Below, in pieces: positions 61,765 to 64,000 of a stretch of 64,000 nt of DNA. Every line of letters begins with the position of its first letter. The first letter of the stretch is position 1. The translations under genes and the position numbers were made by a program. The DNA is from an uncultured Gemmatimonadales bacterium (lineage in GTDB: Bacteria; Gemmatimonadota; Gemmatimonadetes; Longimicrobiales; RSA9): NCBI GenBank assembly GCA_963798845.1, contig CAWCUS010000001.1, forward strand, positions 631,850 through 695,849, in the 5' to 3' direction. The notes beneath the pieces are model-generated. The model did not search any database and was not told where the DNA came from. It saw only the letters and a program-made list of their open reading frames with translations.

Positions 61765-63204
61765 GTGAGTGCGACGCTCGCTGCCGCGCCCCACCGCATC
61801 CCGCGCCCGTCGACGTGGCGGGGCGCGCTGAAGCGCGCGCGCCGCAGACACCACGCGCGCTCCACGGGCGATGTCCTCACCGACCTGTACATGCTGCTCT
61901 GGGTGCTGGTGGTATACGGCGGCGCACTGGTGTCCACGGTACGGGAGCACCTGCGCACGCCGCCGGGAGTGGCGGGCCTGGCGGCGGAGCGGGTTTGGAT
62001 CGCCGCCGCCGTCATCCTGGCGGGGTCGGGGCTGCTGTGGCAGGGGGTCCGGGCCGTGGGCCCCCTCGTGGCGTCGCCCGCGGAGCAGTCGTGGGGCGTC
62101 TCCTCGCCCATGGACCGGCGACGCTGGCTCCTCCCCCGCTTCGTCGCCCTCCTCCTCGCCGGACTCGTGGGCGGGGCGGCGTCCGCCGGCATGGTGGTGA
62201 TCCTCGGCCTCCGGGGGCATGGCTTCGGCGCGGCGCTGGCGGCGGGCGGGGTGTGGGGCCTTGGCGCCATGGCCGCCGCGGTGGCAGCCCAGGGCGCGCG
62301 CACGCGGCGCGGGCGGATCACCCTCCTTCCGGCCCGCATCGCCGGGCCAGCGCTCACGGCCGCCGGGACGCTCGCCGCCGCGGCGGTCGTGGCCGCCCAC
62401 TATGGCGGCCGAGGCCTCCCCCTCCCCGACGCCCCGGTTGCGAAGTGGCTGGTGGCCGGCGGCGGCGCGCTGGCGCTCGGGGCCTGCGTCCTCGCGACGC
62501 GCGCGCTGCGCCAGGTGGACCGGGCAGCGCTGGGTGCCGGAGCGGAGATCGCTGCGGCCGCGCTGAGCGCGACCGTGTGGACGGATCCCTCGCTCCTGTC
62601 CCGCGTCCTGGAAGTGCGCCGCTGGCGACGCGTCGGCCGGGTTCGGAGCCGACACTTCTTCGGCGCGGTGCCGGGCGTGTCGCCCCGGGCGTGGTCGCTC
62701 CTGCAGGGAGAGGTGCGGCGGGTGGCGCGTCGCCCGATGTCCCTGGTGGTCTGGGCTGCGCTCGGTCTGGCGCAGTACGCCATAGCCGTCGTGGCGCCCT
62801 CGGTGGCCGGCGTGGCCCACGTCATCGGCGCGTACATGGCGGCAGGGCGCCTCACGGGCGGGCTGCGCGCGATCGCCGGATCGGCGGGGCTGAGGCGCGC
62901 GGTGGGCGGCGGGGAGCTGGAGCTGCGCCTCATCCACGTCGTGGTCCCCGCCGTCGGGACCGCGCTCTGGTGGGTCCTGACGGCGCCGGCCGGGGGGCCA
63001 CCGCTGGGCTCGGGCGAGGTGTTCCTGGTGCTGGGCGTGGTGGCGGCGGCGTACCGCTCCGCCACCCGCCCACCCATGACCTACGGCGGCTCCGCCATGG
63101 ACAGTCCGGTCGGCCTATTCCCTACGGACCTCCTGCTCCAGCTGGCGCGCGGCCCGGACCTGCTGGGCGTGGTGCTGATCGTTCGCCTGATCCTGGGCCA
63201 CTGA
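61765..63204 (+). CDS. Large polytopic Ala/Gly/Leu-rich membrane protein downstream of the ABC ATPase (putative permease partner)
   Basis: Roughly 10 hydrophobic helices with coding-like codon bias, on the same strand as the ATPase. No classical permease motif was recognised by eye. The start is uncertain (GTG 61765). Confidence 0.5.
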   Translation: MSATLAAAPHRIPRPSTWRGALKRARRRHHARSTGDVLTDLYMLLWVLVVYGGALVSTVREHLRTPPGVAGLAAERVWIAAAVILAGSGLLWQGVRAVGPLVASPAEQSWGVSSPMDRRRWLLPRFVALLLAGLVGGAASAGMVVILGLRGHGFGAALAAGGVWGLGAMAAAVAAQGARTRRGRITLLPARIAGPALTAAGTLAAAAVVAAHYGGRGLPLPDAPVAKWLVAGGGALALGACVLATRALRQVDRAALGAGAEIAAAALSATVWTDPSLLSRVLEVRRWRRVGRVRSRHFFGAVPGVSPRAWSLLQGEVRRVARRPMSLVVWAALGLAQYAIAVVAPSVAGVAHVIGAYMAAGRLTGGLRAIAGSAGLRRAVGGGELELRLIHVVVPAVGTALWWVLTAPAGGPPLGSGEVFLVLGVVAAAYRSATRPPMTYGGSAMDSPVGLFPTDLLLQLARGPDLLGVVLIVRLILGH

Positions 63205-63222
63205 GGCGGTGCGGCGACGTCT

Positions 63223-63999
63223 TCAGCCGCCTCCCAGCGCCTCCAGCCGCTCCTTCGCCCGCCGGTTCTCCGGGTCCCGCTGCAGCACGGTCCGGTACGA
63301 CGCGATGGCGTCCGAGGTCCGCCCCATCCGCTCGTACACCTGCCCCAGCTCGAACGGGATGGAGGCCGACTCCGGGTGGTACTCCCCGTTCAGCTTCAGG
63401 AAGGCGACGGCCGCGTCGGTCCGCCCTTCCCCCGCCAGCCCCATCGCCGCATCCGTGAGGGCCCCCTCCCGGAAGTCGTAGGCCCCCGCCTCCATCATCG
63501 TCGTGCGCAGCTCCCGGTAGCGCGCGAGGGCAGCGTCGAGCCCGTCCTTCTCGAGAACGCGGTGCAACTCCTGGTCGAGGAGGTACGGCTTCTCCAGACC
63601 GCGGTGGCACGTCTTGCAGCGAACGGGGAGCGTCGGGCCTTCCTGGTGCGGGAGGTCGGGAAGGATCTCCGTGTTGAGCCGGTGGACCATGTGCATCATG
63701 AAGCGCGCCCGGTCCTTGGTCGGCTTGTCGTCCAGGTCGAAGCGGGCTCCGCGGAACGAGTCGTCCGGGCCCATCACGTGGCAGAACTCGCAATGGACGC
63801 CGAGGGCGTTGGCGAACCCGCGCATGGCGGCGAGAAGCTGATCGTGCGGGATGTCCGGGGGGAACACCTCGAGGTTGGTGAACGAATCCGGCACCTGCGC
63901 CGAGGCCGGTCGAGCACCAGCCGTCGCGGCGAGGATGGCGGAAACGACCAGAGCGGTCAGGACCGTGGGGGCGGTGCTGCGGATCACTCGCGTTCTCAT
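63223..63999 (-). CDS. Secreted di-haem c-type cytochrome (reaction-centre cytochrome-c-subunit-like fold) fused to C-terminal TPR repeats
   Basis: Signal peptide and two CxxCH motifs (CEFCH, CKTCH) in a context resembling the CytoC_RC family (..FMMHMVHRLN..). The C-terminal TPR-like helices end ..YRTVLQRDPENRRAKERLEAL. Confidence 0.7.
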   Translation of the reverse strand: MRTRVIRSTAPTVLTALVVSAILAATAGARPASAQVPDSFTNLEVFPPDIPHDQLLAAMRGFANALGVHCEFCHVMGPDDSFRGARFDLDDKPTKDRARFMMHMVHRLNTEILPDLPHQEGPTLPVRCKTCHRGLEKPYLLDQELHRVLEKDGLDAALARYRELRTTMMEAGAYDFREGALTDAAMGLAGEGRTDAAVAFLKLNGEYHPESASIPFELGQVYERMGRTSDAIASYRTVLQRDPENRRAKERLEALGGG

Positions 64000-64000
64000 G

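Noticed and set aside
1-64000. A window-wide search for tRNA, rRNA, CRISPR arrays, transposases, integrases, phage genes, toxin-antitoxin pairs and compositional islands.
   Set aside because: None was recognised. All gaps larger than 150 nt look like promoter or leader regions: 1..271, 14367..14604, 18402..18626, 27620..27937, 30588..30839, 35436..35751, 40156..40330, 47556..47916 and 57049..57427. The only AT-richer patches are short intergenic promoter-like stretches. A tRNAscan or covariance-model scan was not possible here.

Overview
This is a very GC-rich bacterial chromosomal window. SusC/SusD pairs, CarboxypepD_reg/plug proteins and many secreted peptidases in a high-GC background suggest a Gemmatimonadota-like organism, but that is inference only. 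I call 48 protein-coding loci, one of them frameshifted and one containing an in-frame TGA. I found no rRNA or tRNA, no CRISPR array, no transposase, integrase or phage genes, and no obvious transcription factor. Most long antisense or alternative-frame ORFs in the supplied track are GC-composition artefacts (Arg/Pro/Gly/Ala-rich, opposite a gene with clear family motifs).

Main findings:
1. **47.9-55.6 kb, candidate lipid-body operon.** Six tightly packed same-strand genes, the last four linked by ATGA start/stop overlaps: phasin-like::DUF2188 fusion, patatin lipase, ArsA/Get3-type ATPase with an HSP20-like tail, orphan class-I-like HMG-CoA reductase, WS/DGAT acyltransferase, and ABC1/UbiB kinase. 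I interpret this as a possibly undescribed neutral-lipid or isoprenoid-ester storage-body module, comparable to a lipid droplet or plastoglobule.
2. **2.9-9.8 kb, candidate polyphosphate operon.** A DUF4956 inner-membrane protein, then an Omp85-type barrel with a large unassigned N-terminal domain, then PPK1 carrying an N-terminal CYTH plus degenerate Nudix-like extension. All junctions are start/stop overlaps. This is a candidate envelope-spanning polyphosphate system.
3. **25.3-25.9 kb, candidate selenoprotein.** A secreted peroxiredoxin is split in the ORF track by an in-frame TGA exactly at the peroxidatic-Cys position, with a perfect hairpin just downstream.
4. **Smaller items.** These include an feoB, Cys-rich ORF, feoA locus behind a Fur-box-like palindrome, and a frameshifted ketopantoate-reductase-like gene. 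Two SusC/SusD loci share a TTGACA-N18-TAYCTT promoter. One has a strong-SD 8-codon leader ORF ending Pro-Pro-stop and is followed by an S9 peptidase. There are also barrel-less plug proteins and a PBP1A with a PDS-repeat tail.

Coordinates of small motifs were located by hand counting and may be off by 1-2 nt.
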